From positions 1,166 through 65,165 of the forward strand of contig CAZUQN010000003.1 of assembly GCA_964622425.1 (NCBI GenBank): a stretch of DNA of 64,000 nucleotides, read 5' to 3'. This DNA comes from an uncultured Ruminococcus sp. (GTDB taxonomy: Bacteria; Bacillota; Clostridia; Oscillospirales; CAG-272). The position numbers were made by a program, and so were the translations under genes. Shown piece by piece: positions 30,917-40,139 of the stretch; position 1 is the stretch's first letter; each line of letters begins with the position of its first letter. The notes beneath the pieces are model-generated. The model did no database searches. It worked only from the letters and a program-made list of their open reading frames with translations, and was not told the DNA's origin.

Positions 30917-31694
30917 ATCCGATTATCTCCTTTGCAAGCTTAGTATATTCAATAGCGCTGCGGCTGTATCTCTTGTACGCAACGACGGGCTGGCTGTTGT
31001 CCTGCGCCCACTCTATTGAGGAATCGATTCTGATGTATGTGTTAAAGAGTCTTGCCGCTTCAAACTCCTTGAGTGTCTCATAGGTCTGCTTGAAGTAGCT
31101 CTTTCTCTCGTCTGCCTTGGTGATGGCAATGCCCATTACCTCAAGATGGGGATTGAGATTCTTCACCTGCGAGATGAAGTCAAACATATTCGCAAGGCCG
31201 AAAAGTCCCCACGGGCTTGCCTCAACGGGAATTATGATGAAGTCGCTGACGGTGAGAATGTTCATCACCCAACCGCCGAGTGTCGGAGGTGCGTCGATGA
31301 GAATGAAGTCGTAGTAGCCGCGCGCAAGAATCGGCGAGAGGCACTTCTTGAGGATAAACTCTCTCTGCCACTTGGTAAAGAGGTCGTACTCGATAGAGCT
31401 CATCAGAGAGGACGAGGGAATGATGTCGAGATTCGGATACTGAGTCTCGACGACAAAGTCGGAAAGATCCTTCTCATCCTTCACCGCGGTATGTATATTT
31501 TTCTCCTCGGTAGCAAAGCCGAGAGCTCTGTCCTCATCAAAGAAGGACAGCGTGAGGTTAAGCTGCATATCTCCGTCTATAAGTAATACACGCTTACCCG
31601 CCTTTACCATAGCGAGACCTACGTTGGAGCAAGTTGTGGTCTTGCCGCTTCCGCCCTTGTTATTGGCGAAGGCTATAACAGTCGTTCTGCTCAT
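30903..31694 (-). CDS. ParA/MinD-family ATPase
   Basis: 263 aa. Deviant Walker A NNKGGSGKTTT. The start overlaps the eutP stop by 4 nt. No ParB-like HTH gene is nearby. Confidence 0.85.
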   Translation of the reverse strand: MSRTTVIAFANNKGGSGKTTTCSNVGLAMVKAGKRVLLIDGDMQLNLTLSFFDEDRALGFATEEKNIHTAVKDEKDLSDFVVETQYPNLDIIPSSSLMSSIEYDLFTKWQREFILKKCLSPILARGYYDFILIDAPPTLGGWVMNILTVSDFIIIPVEASPWGLFGLANMFDFISQVKNLNPHLEVMGIAITKADERKSYFKQTYETLKEFEAARLFNTYIRIDSSIEWAQDNSQPVVAYKRYSRSAIEYTKLAKEIIGYAGR

Positions 31695-32143
31695 TGTTCT
31701 GTTTTCTCCTTCCTGTCATCCTCGCTGAGATAGTCGAGGAGCTTGTCTATACCCTCTCCGGTCATGGCACTCAAGGGGAAAATCTTCTTACAGCCCGCAA
31801 GCCTTAACCATCTCTCAACACGCTCGACGTTGGCGTCCGGCTTATCTATACCGGAAATTATGCCCACGACCTCACGGTTGACAAGACTGGTAATGCAGGG
31901 CGAGAAGATAGAATACGGCTCGTTGGCGCTAAGCACAAGACCGACAATGTCAGCCTCGTATGCATAGAGAGCGAGCGCTCCGCTCGTTTGTCTGAGCTCG
32001 GTGTATTCTCCGGGGGTATCTATAATGGTGTCCATATAGTTCACGTACTGCGTCTTGAAGTACTTGATCTCTTCACCCTTTAGCGCCTGAGTCAGTGTGG
32101 TCTTGCCTGCCGCAACCCTGCCTATCAGTATTATCTTTTTCAT
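31691..32143 (-). CDS. eutP: EutP/PduV family BMC-associated GTPase
   Basis: 150 aa. MKKIILIGRVAAGKTTL P-loop and the typical EutP length. Confidence 0.85.
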   Translation of the reverse strand: MKKIILIGRVAAGKTTLTQALKGEEIKYFKTQYVNYMDTIIDTPGEYTELRQTSGALALYAYEADIVGLVLSANEPYSIFSPCITSLVNREVVGIISGIDKPDANVERVERWLRLAGCKKIFPLSAMTGEGIDKLLDYLSEDDRKEKTEQ

Positions 32144-32149
32144 AGCACA

Positions 32150-32509
32150 CTAGGTCTTGGTTATCTCACAGCAGGTATATCCAAGTCTGTTGATAACGTA
32201 CTCTCTTATCGCCGCAAACGCCGTCTCAACCGACGATACGCTGCCCGAAATTATAAGAGTTCCCGTGAATCTGTCGACAAAACCGATCTCAGCTCCCGAG
32301 GACTTGATGGCGATGTCCGCCGCAATAACCGCGCTCTCCGCAGGGGAGATGGTGAGAACACCGATAGCCGAGCGGGTGTAATCGGTCTTAGGATCAAGAC
32401 CAAGCTTTGTATAAAGGACGTCGTCAGGGTTAGCAATAATGTGGCAGAGCGTCACCTGCTTACCGGGAACGAGCTCCTGCACTATTCTCATTTTATCTCT
32501 AAGTTCCAT
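32150..32509 (-). CDS. pduU: PduU/EutS-type (circularly permuted) BMC shell protein
   Basis: Preferred ATG at 32509, after GGAGGAAAA. The sequence RIVQELVPGKQVTLCHIIANP...GVLTISPAESAVIAADIA is typical of EutS/PduU. Confidence 0.85.
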   Translation of the reverse strand: MELRDKMRIVQELVPGKQVTLCHIIANPDDVLYTKLGLDPKTDYTRSAIGVLTISPAESAVIAADIAIKSSGAEIGFVDRFTGTLIISGSVSSVETAFAAIREYVINRLGYTCCEITKT

Positions 32510-32571
32510 TTTTCCTCCGAAATATGTAAACAAAAATTATCATTTAAAGTGTTAATTCAACCGTACGCACT

Positions 32572-33348
32572 TTATCCGCCAATCTGGCACTTAAGACCTG
32601 ATGTCTCTGCAACAGATAGAAGATGCTGCATTCTCTCCTTTGGCGGAGGCTCGATTTCGGGCAGAGCGTAGGTTCTTCCAAGACCGGTATATTTGTCAGT
32701 ACCTAGTCTGTGATAAGGCAAAAGGTGATACTCCTCTACCGTCTTTAGACTTCTCGCGAAGTCCGCAATAGCCTTGATGTCACTCTCGCTGTCATTGAAG
32801 GTGGGTATAACGGGTGTCCTGATTATCAGCTCGACTCCGCTCTCGGCTACACGCCTCGCATTCTCGAGTATACGCTCGTTAGGTGCTCCCGTGTATTCCT
32901 TGTGCTTGAGGCTGTCCATATGCTTGATGTCCATAAGATACAGATCAAGATACGGCAGTAGCTTTTCAATATCCGAATAGGGCGCATTCGCACTCGACTC
33001 AATAGCCGTGTGAAGTCCCGCCTCCTTGCAAGCCTTCAGCAGCTCCGCCGCAAAATCCGCCTGCGCGAGCACCTCACCGCCCGAGAGCGTCACACCGCCG
33101 CCCGAGCGTCGGTAATACGGAAGATCGGCAAGAATCTCGGGCATAATGTCCGCGACCGTAACGTCTCTGCCGACTACCTTTTCCTTGCCGCCCTCGATAA
33201 GAGTCTCAATCTCATATCTCTGCGACTCGGGATTACAACACCACGCGCATCTCATATAACAGCCCTTGAAGAACACTATCGTCCTTATCCCCGGACCGTC
33301 ATGGATCGAGAAACGTTGTATATTGAAGATCCTTCCCTTTCTTTCCAT
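32572..33348 (-). CDS. glycyl-radical enzyme activating enzyme (radical SAM)
   Basis: 258 aa. FSIHDGPGIRT and a CX3CX2C cluster motif (CYMRCAWC). Confidence 0.9.
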   Translation of the reverse strand: MERKGRIFNIQRFSIHDGPGIRTIVFFKGCYMRCAWCCNPESQRYEIETLIEGGKEKVVGRDVTVADIMPEILADLPYYRRSGGGVTLSGGEVLAQADFAAELLKACKEAGLHTAIESSANAPYSDIEKLLPYLDLYLMDIKHMDSLKHKEYTGAPNERILENARRVAESGVELIIRTPVIPTFNDSESDIKAIADFARSLKTVEEYHLLPYHRLGTDKYTGLGRTYALPEIEPPPKERMQHLLSVAETSGLKCQIGG

Positions 33349-33535
33349 ATTTTTACCTCTGAATTTTTTCTAAAATTTTCGTCTTTTCACATCTAACGTT
33401 CACTGTGAAAATTCCAACCTTCTGAAACTAACTTTTAATCAGTTCAACCTTGGCACAGATTTGGCGACGAGATTTTGATGCAGTTTTTGGCTTCTTCGAC
33501 CCGTATCTCGGTAATTGTAGTCGTACAAATTTTTA

Positions 33536-33608
33536 GATAGATTTGCCGTTCTTGAGGCCGAAGTCGTAGTTACCTACGACGAGCCTGCCGAAAAACATCA
33601 AATATATC
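33536..33608 (-). other. conserved intra-operon stem-loop element, copy X
   Basis: Homologous to 38247-38319. Inner hairpin GTCGTAG-ttac-CTACGAC, enclosed by outer pairing GATAGATTTG...CAAATATATC. Confidence 0.5.
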
Positions 33609-33622
33609 AAAAATTTGATAGA

Positions 33623-36154
33623 CTAAAAGCCCTGCTCGGTGCGGTTGATTATGTCATTTTGGAGCGACTTCGACAAAGTAGTGAATAGCGCACTATAACC
33701 CGCCACTCTTACTACGAGAGTCTTGTACTTCTCGGGGTGTGCCTGAGCATCAAGAAGAGTCTCTTTGGTTACTACGTTAAACTGTACGTGCATACCCTTC
33801 TGGTCGAAGTAGGAGCGAATCAGGGAAACAAACTTGGTGAGTCCCTTCATACCCTCAAGAGCCGAGGGGTGGAACTTCTGGTTAAGGAGAGTTCCGTTGG
33901 ACGCTACGCACTGCTCAAGCTTGGCAACCGAGTTTGCCGTAGCAGTCGGGCCCTTCACGTCTCTGCCTGATGCAGGACCAATGCCGTCGGCCAGGGGCGT
34001 GTAAGCTAAACGGCCGTCGGGAGTAGCTCCGGTAGTGCCGCCGAGCGGTACGTTTGCGGATACGGGATACAGACCCGCCTGGAAGATACCGCCGCGCACG
34101 TTCTTGTACTTCTCGACCTCCTTGGTGTAGGAGTTTGCAACGTCGCGCGCAAACATGTCAACCTCGTATATATCGTTACCGTACTTGGGGCATTCCTCGT
34201 CGATAAGTCTCTTTATCTCCTTGTATCTTGCTTTGGTACTCTCGTCGATTGCCGACGCTGTGGTAATTTCTCTGTAAATTGTTTCGATAGCCTTAGGAGT
34301 AATCTCGATACCCTCCTTGGCAAGCTCGATAGCAACCTCGGTGGTGAGTCTCTCTGCCGCCGCGCCCTCGATACCGTAGCCGAAGTTAGCCTTGAGCGCC
34401 TCGCGCATCTCAGCCATCGTCACCTTTTTCTCATCAAAGACAAGCTTCTTTACGGCTATGAGACCGTCGGTATTATTCGCTATACCGAAGCCCTGAGGGC
34501 CTGTAAAGTTATACACGGCTCCGCCCTCTTGGAGGGATTTACCTCTGCCGATGCAGTCGTCAACCATACAGGACTGGAAAGGAAGCGGGCAACGCTTAGC
34601 GTGTGCGGAGTCGATCGCATTGTTAGCGTTGACAAGCAGCTTTATCATATAACTCTGCTGAGTCTTGTACGCGTTATAGAACTCCTCAAAGGTGGTCATC
34701 TTAGCCACGTCACCGGTCTCAGGACCGATTTTCTTACCCTTGTCCATACCGTTTGAGAATGCGAGCTCGAGAGGACGGCACATATTGAAGAATGCCGCAT
34801 CGTGCCAGCCGTCGGTCTTGCCGCCCTTCTGAGGCTCAACGCAACCGATGATACAGTAATCTCTCGCATCCTCAAGGGTGAGACCGCGAGCCATTATTGA
34901 GGGGATAATTATCTCGTCATTATAGTATGCGGGCAGACCCGTGCCGAGTCTTGTGAGGGCAGCCGCCTTAATGAGCAGGTCCTCGGGAGAGCCGTTCCAT
35001 ACTCTTATCGAGATGGAGGGCTGAGGGAGAGGCACGTGCATAGCCGCCTCAATACACATATAGGAGAGGTCGTTGGTCGAGTCCATACCGTGCTCGTCCT
35101 GACCGCCCACGATAAGGTTCTGGAACATACCGTAGCCTGCAAATCCATCTGCAGAAACAGCATCGCGAACCTTGTTTATATCATTAAGCTTTACCCAGAT
35201 ACAGTCAAGAAGCTCCTGAGCCTGCTCACGGGTAATCGCACCCTTGTCAAGGTCAGCCTTGTAGTAGGGATACATATAGCGGTCAAATCGACCGGGAGAA
35301 ATGGAGTGTCCGCTTGACTCTACCTGAAGAAGGAGCTGAACAAACCAGAAGGACTGACAAGCCTCATGGAAGGTCGTCGCGCCAAACTCGGGAACACGCG
35401 CGCAATTCTTTGCGATAGTCTCGAGTTCACGGCGTCTGTCCGCATTTCTCTCCTTGCCCGCAAGCTCGCGAGCAAGTCTTGAATATCTTCTTGCATATTC
35501 GATAACCGCCTCACAGCTCTCGATAACAGCCTCGAGGAAGTTGGTTCTCTGTACGTACTCAGGATCGGCAAAATCAAGCTTATCAAGAGCCGCCTTTGCC
35601 TCGGTGATTATTCCACGGTAGCCTATCTTCAGGACCTTATCGTACTGAACGCATACGTGACCGATACCATTATAGAAATAGTTACCCGGGGTGAACACGT
35701 TGTGCTCGGTGAAGGCCGCGTAAGCCTCGGGAGCCATATTTGCCTTCGCAAGGTCTGAGCAGGTCTTACCCTTCCACCAAGGATAAATAGCACGGAGCTC
35801 AGCCTTGGTCTTCTCGCTGATGTAGAAGGGGTCTGCCGCTCTCGTCGCAACCGAGTCAAGCTCTGCCTCGAGCCACTCGTAGGAATACTCGGGGAATACC
35901 TGGCAGCCGCGAGGAGCAACGGTCGCACTTCCGACTATGAGCTCTCCGTCTCTGATAACGATCGGAATATTCTCAAGGATATGAGCGAATGCCGCGCTTC
36001 TGCGCTTTATGATAGGAAGATTTTCGGTCTGCTTATAGCTCTCGGTAACGAGAATTCCGCGCGCGGATTCTATCTCGGGCATCTTCTCATAGAGAGTGCT
36101 CACGAGCTTGTCAATTCTCGCGCTTTTTTCAATCACAAACTTAATGTTATCCAT
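33623..36154 (-). CDS. glycyl radical enzyme, probably B12-independent 1,2-propanediol dehydratase
   Basis: Preferred ATG at 36154, after AAGGAG. Glycyl radical motif RVAGYSALF near the C-terminus and a thiyl loop GCVEPQ. The substrate is inferred from the co-encoded class II aldolase. Confidence 0.85.
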   Translation of the reverse strand: MDNIKFVIEKSARIDKLVSTLYEKMPEIESARGILVTESYKQTENLPIIKRRSAAFAHILENIPIVIRDGELIVGSATVAPRGCQVFPEYSYEWLEAELDSVATRAADPFYISEKTKAELRAIYPWWKGKTCSDLAKANMAPEAYAAFTEHNVFTPGNYFYNGIGHVCVQYDKVLKIGYRGIITEAKAALDKLDFADPEYVQRTNFLEAVIESCEAVIEYARRYSRLARELAGKERNADRRRELETIAKNCARVPEFGATTFHEACQSFWFVQLLLQVESSGHSISPGRFDRYMYPYYKADLDKGAITREQAQELLDCIWVKLNDINKVRDAVSADGFAGYGMFQNLIVGGQDEHGMDSTNDLSYMCIEAAMHVPLPQPSISIRVWNGSPEDLLIKAAALTRLGTGLPAYYNDEIIIPSIMARGLTLEDARDYCIIGCVEPQKGGKTDGWHDAAFFNMCRPLELAFSNGMDKGKKIGPETGDVAKMTTFEEFYNAYKTQQSYMIKLLVNANNAIDSAHAKRCPLPFQSCMVDDCIGRGKSLQEGGAVYNFTGPQGFGIANNTDGLIAVKKLVFDEKKVTMAEMREALKANFGYGIEGAAAERLTTEVAIELAKEGIEITPKAIETIYREITTASAIDESTKARYKEIKRLIDEECPKYGNDIYEVDMFARDVANSYTKEVEKYKNVRGGIFQAGLYPVSANVPLGGTTGATPDGRLAYTPLADGIGPASGRDVKGPTATANSVAKLEQCVASNGTLLNQKFHPSALEGMKGLTKFVSLIRSYFDQKGMHVQFNVVTKETLLDAQAHPEKYKTLVVRVAGYSALFTTLSKSLQNDIINRTEQGF

Positions 36155-36165
36155 TATGACACTCC

Positions 36166-36711
36166 TTACATCTGATTCCACAGCTCTTCGTGAGGCGCGG
36201 CGATTATCGAGTAAGAGGAAAGCATCGCATTCTCCTTCGCGTAATTCGCGCCTGCCTCTGTCGCCGCGGTGACGTCGCCTATCTCACCTGTAAGCATTAC
36301 AATGCCCTTTCCTCCCATACCTCTTGATACGCGGAGGTCGAAAATCTCTACACGGGCCGTCTTTACCGCTATGTCAGCCGCCTTTATCGCGCTCGCCGCC
36401 GAGTAGGTTTCAAGAAGACCGAGAGAGCCTCCTCTCTCTGCCGCGTGAGTGCCGAAGAGAGCCTTGATAACCTGCTCCTCTATCCTACCGATGACCGAGG
36501 AGTCGATCACAAATCCCTCAAACCTTGAGGTAACGTGACTTACCGCCGCGGTGACGTTGGATATTGAGCCCGTCAATATTATCTCATACTTACCGGGACA
36601 GGAAGGGTGGCTTGATACCATCTCAACGCCCGCGCTCTTCAGAGCCGCGTCCGCCGCCTCAACGCCCTTGGGTATGCTTTTAAGTTCAATTACACCTATT
36701 GCCTTATACAT
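36166..36711 (-). CDS. pduT: PduT-like tandem-BMC-domain (BMC-T) shell protein
   Basis: 181 aa with two BMC domains. SHPSCPGKY contains the Cys used for the pore Fe-S cluster in PduT. Confidence 0.85.
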   Translation of the reverse strand: MYKAIGVIELKSIPKGVEAADAALKSAGVEMVSSHPSCPGKYEIILTGSISNVTAAVSHVTSRFEGFVIDSSVIGRIEEQVIKALFGTHAAERGGSLGLLETYSAASAIKAADIAVKTARVEIFDLRVSRGMGGKGIVMLTGEIGDVTAATEAGANYAKENAMLSSYSIIAAPHEELWNQM

Positions 36712-36712
36712 T

Positions 36713-38032
36713 CTATACTACCCTATCAATGATTATTTTCTTATCCGTAACCGTTACTCTGCCGTGTATCGACGCGTGCTGAGGGATCGAGAGTCCCGCA
36801 GATGCCGCCGCAACGATGTCACCGACCTGCACTATCGCACCGTCTCTTACCGCGGGTGCGCTTGGAATTCCTATGTATCTGCCGAGGGCGAGCTCGACTC
36901 TGTCAAAGTCGCGTATCTCACCGCCCCATACGGCAATGCGGTCGAATCTGTCAATACCGAGGTCCTGCGCCCATTTCTTCGAGGGGATCATTCTGTACTC
37001 CCTTTCTTCCTTAGGAGAGACCTCCTCATTCTGAGTGTAGCGGAGCTTGTTCTTAGCGAGTAATTCCTTGTAATTATTTATCACGGCCCTGGGGGAAATG
37101 CCCTGACTGCAGGCCAAGTTCTCACAAATACCGCAGCCGCAACAGAGCGTCGCGGAGAGAACCATCTCTGGCATCGCAACCGCCGCACCAATAGCCGTAC
37201 GAACCATCTTGTGAGGCTCGAGGGGGTAACCGAGGAGAGCTCTTGGGCAAAGGTCGGTGCATCTCGTGCACTGACAGCAAGCCGTCTCCGCTCTTGTTAC
37301 CGCCATCTTTTCGTTTATCAATTTAGACTCGACCGCCCGCGTATTCTTCGGGAGGACGAGGAGCGCCTTGGTCGTCTTTCCGACCTCGGCTATATTGTGG
37401 TTAATTATCTTGCCCATCGAGGGACCGCCGTCGATTACCGCGTGGTCCTCATCAACCTCTATTCCAAGTCTTTCAAAGAGGTCTGCGACCGGAGTGCCTA
37501 TCGGCACACGCACGACACGCGGCTCTTTCACGTCGCCGCCGACGGTGAGCCACTTCATAGTGACGGGCTCAAAATACTTGACTGCTCTGCCGAGATTGTA
37601 CATAGTCTCGACGTTGTAAACGAGGACGCCCTTGGATATGGGAAGACTTCCCGGCTTTATAAGCCTGCCGGTCGCCTGGTAAATAAGACTTATCTCATCG
37701 CCGATGGGATATACGTTGGGCATAACCTTGACGAAAACGCCCGCGCTGAGCTGATCGCCCTCGGAAAGCGAAAGTCTTTTCGCCGTATGCTCCTTGACAC
37801 AGAATAGCGCTCTCTTTATTCTAAGACTCCAGATGACCGACTGGATACCCGCGAGTATCATCGGAAGCTCGCGCTTCATCAGCATATAGTCGGTATACAG
37901 AAGCGGCTCACATTCCGAGCCGTTTATAAGTAGAGTGTCCGCGCCCTCCGCGAGCTTAGCGTAGGACGGAAATCCCGCGCCGCCATCGCCTACGAGTCCG
38001 GCATCCTTCATTACCTGCTTTAATTCGTGCAT
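36713..38032 (-). CDS. pduS: PduS-like RnfC/NuoF-family Fe-S flavoprotein
   Basis: 439 aa. GLVGDGGAGFPSYAKL and two ferredoxin-type clusters (CCQCTRCTDLCP, CCGCGICENLAC). Confidence 0.8.
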   Translation of the reverse strand: MHELKQVMKDAGLVGDGGAGFPSYAKLAEGADTLLINGSECEPLLYTDYMLMKRELPMILAGIQSVIWSLRIKRALFCVKEHTAKRLSLSEGDQLSAGVFVKVMPNVYPIGDEISLIYQATGRLIKPGSLPISKGVLVYNVETMYNLGRAVKYFEPVTMKWLTVGGDVKEPRVVRVPIGTPVADLFERLGIEVDEDHAVIDGGPSMGKIINHNIAEVGKTTKALLVLPKNTRAVESKLINEKMAVTRAETACCQCTRCTDLCPRALLGYPLEPHKMVRTAIGAAVAMPEMVLSATLCCGCGICENLACSQGISPRAVINNYKELLAKNKLRYTQNEEVSPKEEREYRMIPSKKWAQDLGIDRFDRIAVWGGEIRDFDRVELALGRYIGIPSAPAVRDGAIVQVGDIVAAASAGLSIPQHASIHGRVTVTDKKIIIDRVV

Positions 38033-38050
38033 CGCTACCTCCTTTCTGAA

Positions 38051-38136
38051 AAAATGATGTTTGCCTGTGGCAAATGGTGTTGGGCCTTGCCCAATGATGA
38101 CGCTTACGCTAATGATGTGTGGCTATGCCACATTTT
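38051..38136. repeat. mini-hairpin array with word (A)ATGATG inside the BMC operon
   Basis: AATGATG tttgccTGTggcaaa TGGTG ttgggcCTTgcccaa TGATG ... AATGATG tgtggcTATgccaca. Confidence 0.6.
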
Positions 38137-38246
38137 TTAGGTAAACTACAACCTTTTTACTATCAAAAAACTTACACGGTATGGGGTTAATATCGGTGTT
38201 TTATTTCACTAACAAAATCGTATCGTTTCGGTCGAGGGGATTTTGA

Positions 38247-38319
38247 GATAGATTTGTCGTTCTTCTGCCCGAAGCAATAGTTACCTATTGCGAGCTTGGT
38301 AGAAAACGGCAAATGTAGC
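38247..38319 (-). other. conserved intra-operon stem-loop element, copy Y
   Basis: Inner hairpin GCAATAG-ttac-CTATTGC, with three compensatory base-pair changes relative to copy X. Outer pairing GATAGATTTGTCGTT...AACGGCAAATGTAGC. Confidence 0.5.
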
Positions 38320-38339
38320 CAAAATACACCGATCCGAAA

Positions 38340-38588
38340 TTAGTCTACGATGCCGACTATTACTGCATCCGCGGGCGCCGACGTATTTCTAAGCGCGAGT
38401 CTTGCCGACGAGCCGGTAGTGATAAGCACGGTCTCACCGATGCCTGCGCCAACCGAGTCGATAGCAACGATGTACTCGTCGGTAAGCTGACCGTTCTTGA
38501 GAATCTGAACCTCCATAAACTTACTGCCTACTAAGGATTCCTGCTTTCTGGTGGAAACGATGTGTCCTCTGATAATTCCTCTTAACAT
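38340..38588 (-). CDS. pduN: EutN/PduN/CcmL pentameric vertex protein (BMC-P)
   Basis: 82 aa. G.IVST.K...L.G.K and AIDSVGAGIGETVLI motifs. Confidence 0.9.
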   Translation of the reverse strand: MLRGIIRGHIVSTRKQESLVGSKFMEVQILKNGQLTDEYIVAIDSVGAGIGETVLITTGSSARLALRNTSAPADAVIVGIVD

Positions 38589-38614
38589 ATCTTTTCGCCT
38601 TTCTTTTTGGTCTG

Positions 38615-39316
38615 TTATTTTACAATCTTAACCTTTGCGCCGTTGCCGATTCCCGCCGCGTTGGCATCGTCGGTATCAACGTGCATCTCAAGTCTGAAGT
38701 CCTTGTGTACTCTGACCTGAACGTCAAACCATCTGGTACGTCTCTTGCCATCAACGTCTACGGTAACGTAGTCGCAATCCTTAACGCCGAATACGGACGC
38801 ATCGCTCGGGGACATATGTATGTGTCTGTTTGCGATGATACAGCCTTCTTTAAGCTCGACAATACCCTTAGGTCCGACAATGATTATGGGAGCGGAGCCC
38901 GCGATATTGCCCGACTCACGCACGGGAGGCTTAACCTTGAGGGTATAGGAATCGGTGGTGGATATCTCTACCTGAGACTTACCTCTTACAGGACCGAGGA
39001 CTCTTACGTTTTCGATGGGACGGAGGGACGGACCGATGAGGGTGAGAGTCTCCTTGCAAGCGTACTGGCCGGGCTGAGAGAGATCCTTGAAGGGGGTGAG
39101 CTGATAACCCTTACCGAAGAGAGTCTCGACGTCCGCCTCTGAAAGGTGTATGTGTCTGTTCGATACACCTACGGGGATCTGTCCGTCAGTACACGACTCG
39201 CGGCTCTTACAGATCACGCAGTCATTCTTGCATTTATCAGTGCTCTGTTCCTTTTCGATATTCTCGATAACCTGCTTTACTATCTCGGCTATCTGACTTG
39301 ATAAAATGTTATCCAT
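38615..39316 (-). CDS. pduL: phosphate propanoyltransferase PduL with an N-terminal encapsulation-peptide-like helix
   Basis: 233 aa. Duplicated NRHIHLS/NRHIHMS motifs and an amphipathic N-terminus SSQIAEIVKQVIENI. Confidence 0.9.
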   Translation of the reverse strand: MDNILSSQIAEIVKQVIENIEKEQSTDKCKNDCVICKSRESCTDGQIPVGVSNRHIHLSEADVETLFGKGYQLTPFKDLSQPGQYACKETLTLIGPSLRPIENVRVLGPVRGKSQVEISTTDSYTLKVKPPVRESGNIAGSAPIIIVGPKGIVELKEGCIIANRHIHMSPSDASVFGVKDCDYVTVDVDGKRRTRWFDVQVRVHKDFRLEMHVDTDDANAAGIGNGAKVKIVK

Positions 39317-39474
39317 AAGAATAATCCTTTCGCATTTATCACTTTTTTGTACTGCAATAAGGCTTAATTAATAACTATACTTTACAATTAAGCACTATTG
39401 CAGCACCCAAAGGGGCGCGTGCGCCCCTTTGGAGACTGAGCGTCAACCAACTAATAACTTTCCCTTTAGGAAAA

Positions 39475-39747
39475 TTACTTGATAGAAGGAAGAAGTTTCT
39501 CAACGTCTGCGTGAGGTCTGGGAATAACGTGAGTTGCAATAACTTCACCGAGAGAGTGAGCAGCCGCGGAGCCTGCCTCAACAGCAGCCTTAACAGCGCC
39601 AACGTCACCACGAACCATAACGCTTACGAGTCCGGAACCGATCTTCTCGGAGCCAACAAGTACGACGTTCGCAGCCTTTACCATAGCATCAGCTGCCTCG
39701 ATAGCAGCTACGAGACCCCTGGTCTCTACCATTCCAAGTGCTTCCAT
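39475..39747 (-). CDS. BMC-H shell protein (PduA/PduJ-like), paralog 1
   Basis: 90 aa. [28 protein letters not shown]. Confidence 0.9.
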   Translation of the reverse strand: MEALGMVETRGLVAAIEAADAMVKAANVVLVGSEKIGSGLVSVMVRGDVGAVKAAVEAGSAAAHSLGEVIATHVIPRPHADVEKLLPSIK

Positions 39748-39846
39748 GTTTAAATCCTCCTCTTAGATTTTTAATAACTAATAAATTTTCGAAAATATAT
39801 ATTCTAAGACGCCTGTCTTAAAACCTATACTGAGCCGCCGCTACGA

Positions 39847-40119
39847 TCAACCCGTAGTAAGGAATCTCATAACGTCGGGATGCGGGCGGGCAATTACCTC
39901 GCAGCATTTTACCTTTCCGACTTCGGCTGCAGCAGCCGCACCGGCCTCAAGGGCCGCCTTCACTGCGGAAACCTCGCCTTCGACGACAACCGTTACCAGT
40001 CTGCCGCCGAGGCGCTTTTCCACGTGAATGAGATTTACGTCGGCCGCTTTAACCATAGCGTCAAGTCCGGTGATTGCGGCAACCATTGCCTGCACCTCCA
40101 AGAGCGCTATAGCCTTCAT
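39847..40119 (-). CDS. BMC-H shell protein, divergent
   Basis: 90 aa. A BMC domain (AITGLDAMVKAADVNLI). Confidence 0.85.
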   Translation of the reverse strand: MKAIALLEVQAMVAAITGLDAMVKAADVNLIHVEKRLGGRLVTVVVEGEVSAVKAALEAGAAAAAEVGKVKCCEVIARPHPDVMRFLTTG

Positions 40120-40139
40120 ATCATCAAGTCCTTTTTAAA

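Noticed and set aside
33623-36154. Calling the glycyl radical enzyme choline TMA-lyase (CutC).
   Set aside because: The locus encodes a class II aldolase with an encapsulation-type tail, which fits the fucose/rhamnose-propanediol BMC type. I cannot verify CutC-specific active-site residues by eye, so I kept a generic GRE call with propanediol dehydratase as the likelier function.
36166-36181. Upstream alternative starts given in the ORF track for several genes: GRE at 36181, pduU at 32533, ADH TTG at 41989, purO GTG at 4615, lipoprotein at 20214, peptidase-like at 21558.
   Set aside because: In each case an internal ATG is preceded at 6-10 nt by a good SD. It also removes overlap with the upstream gene or restores a canonical N-terminus (signal peptide, lipobox or encapsulation helix).
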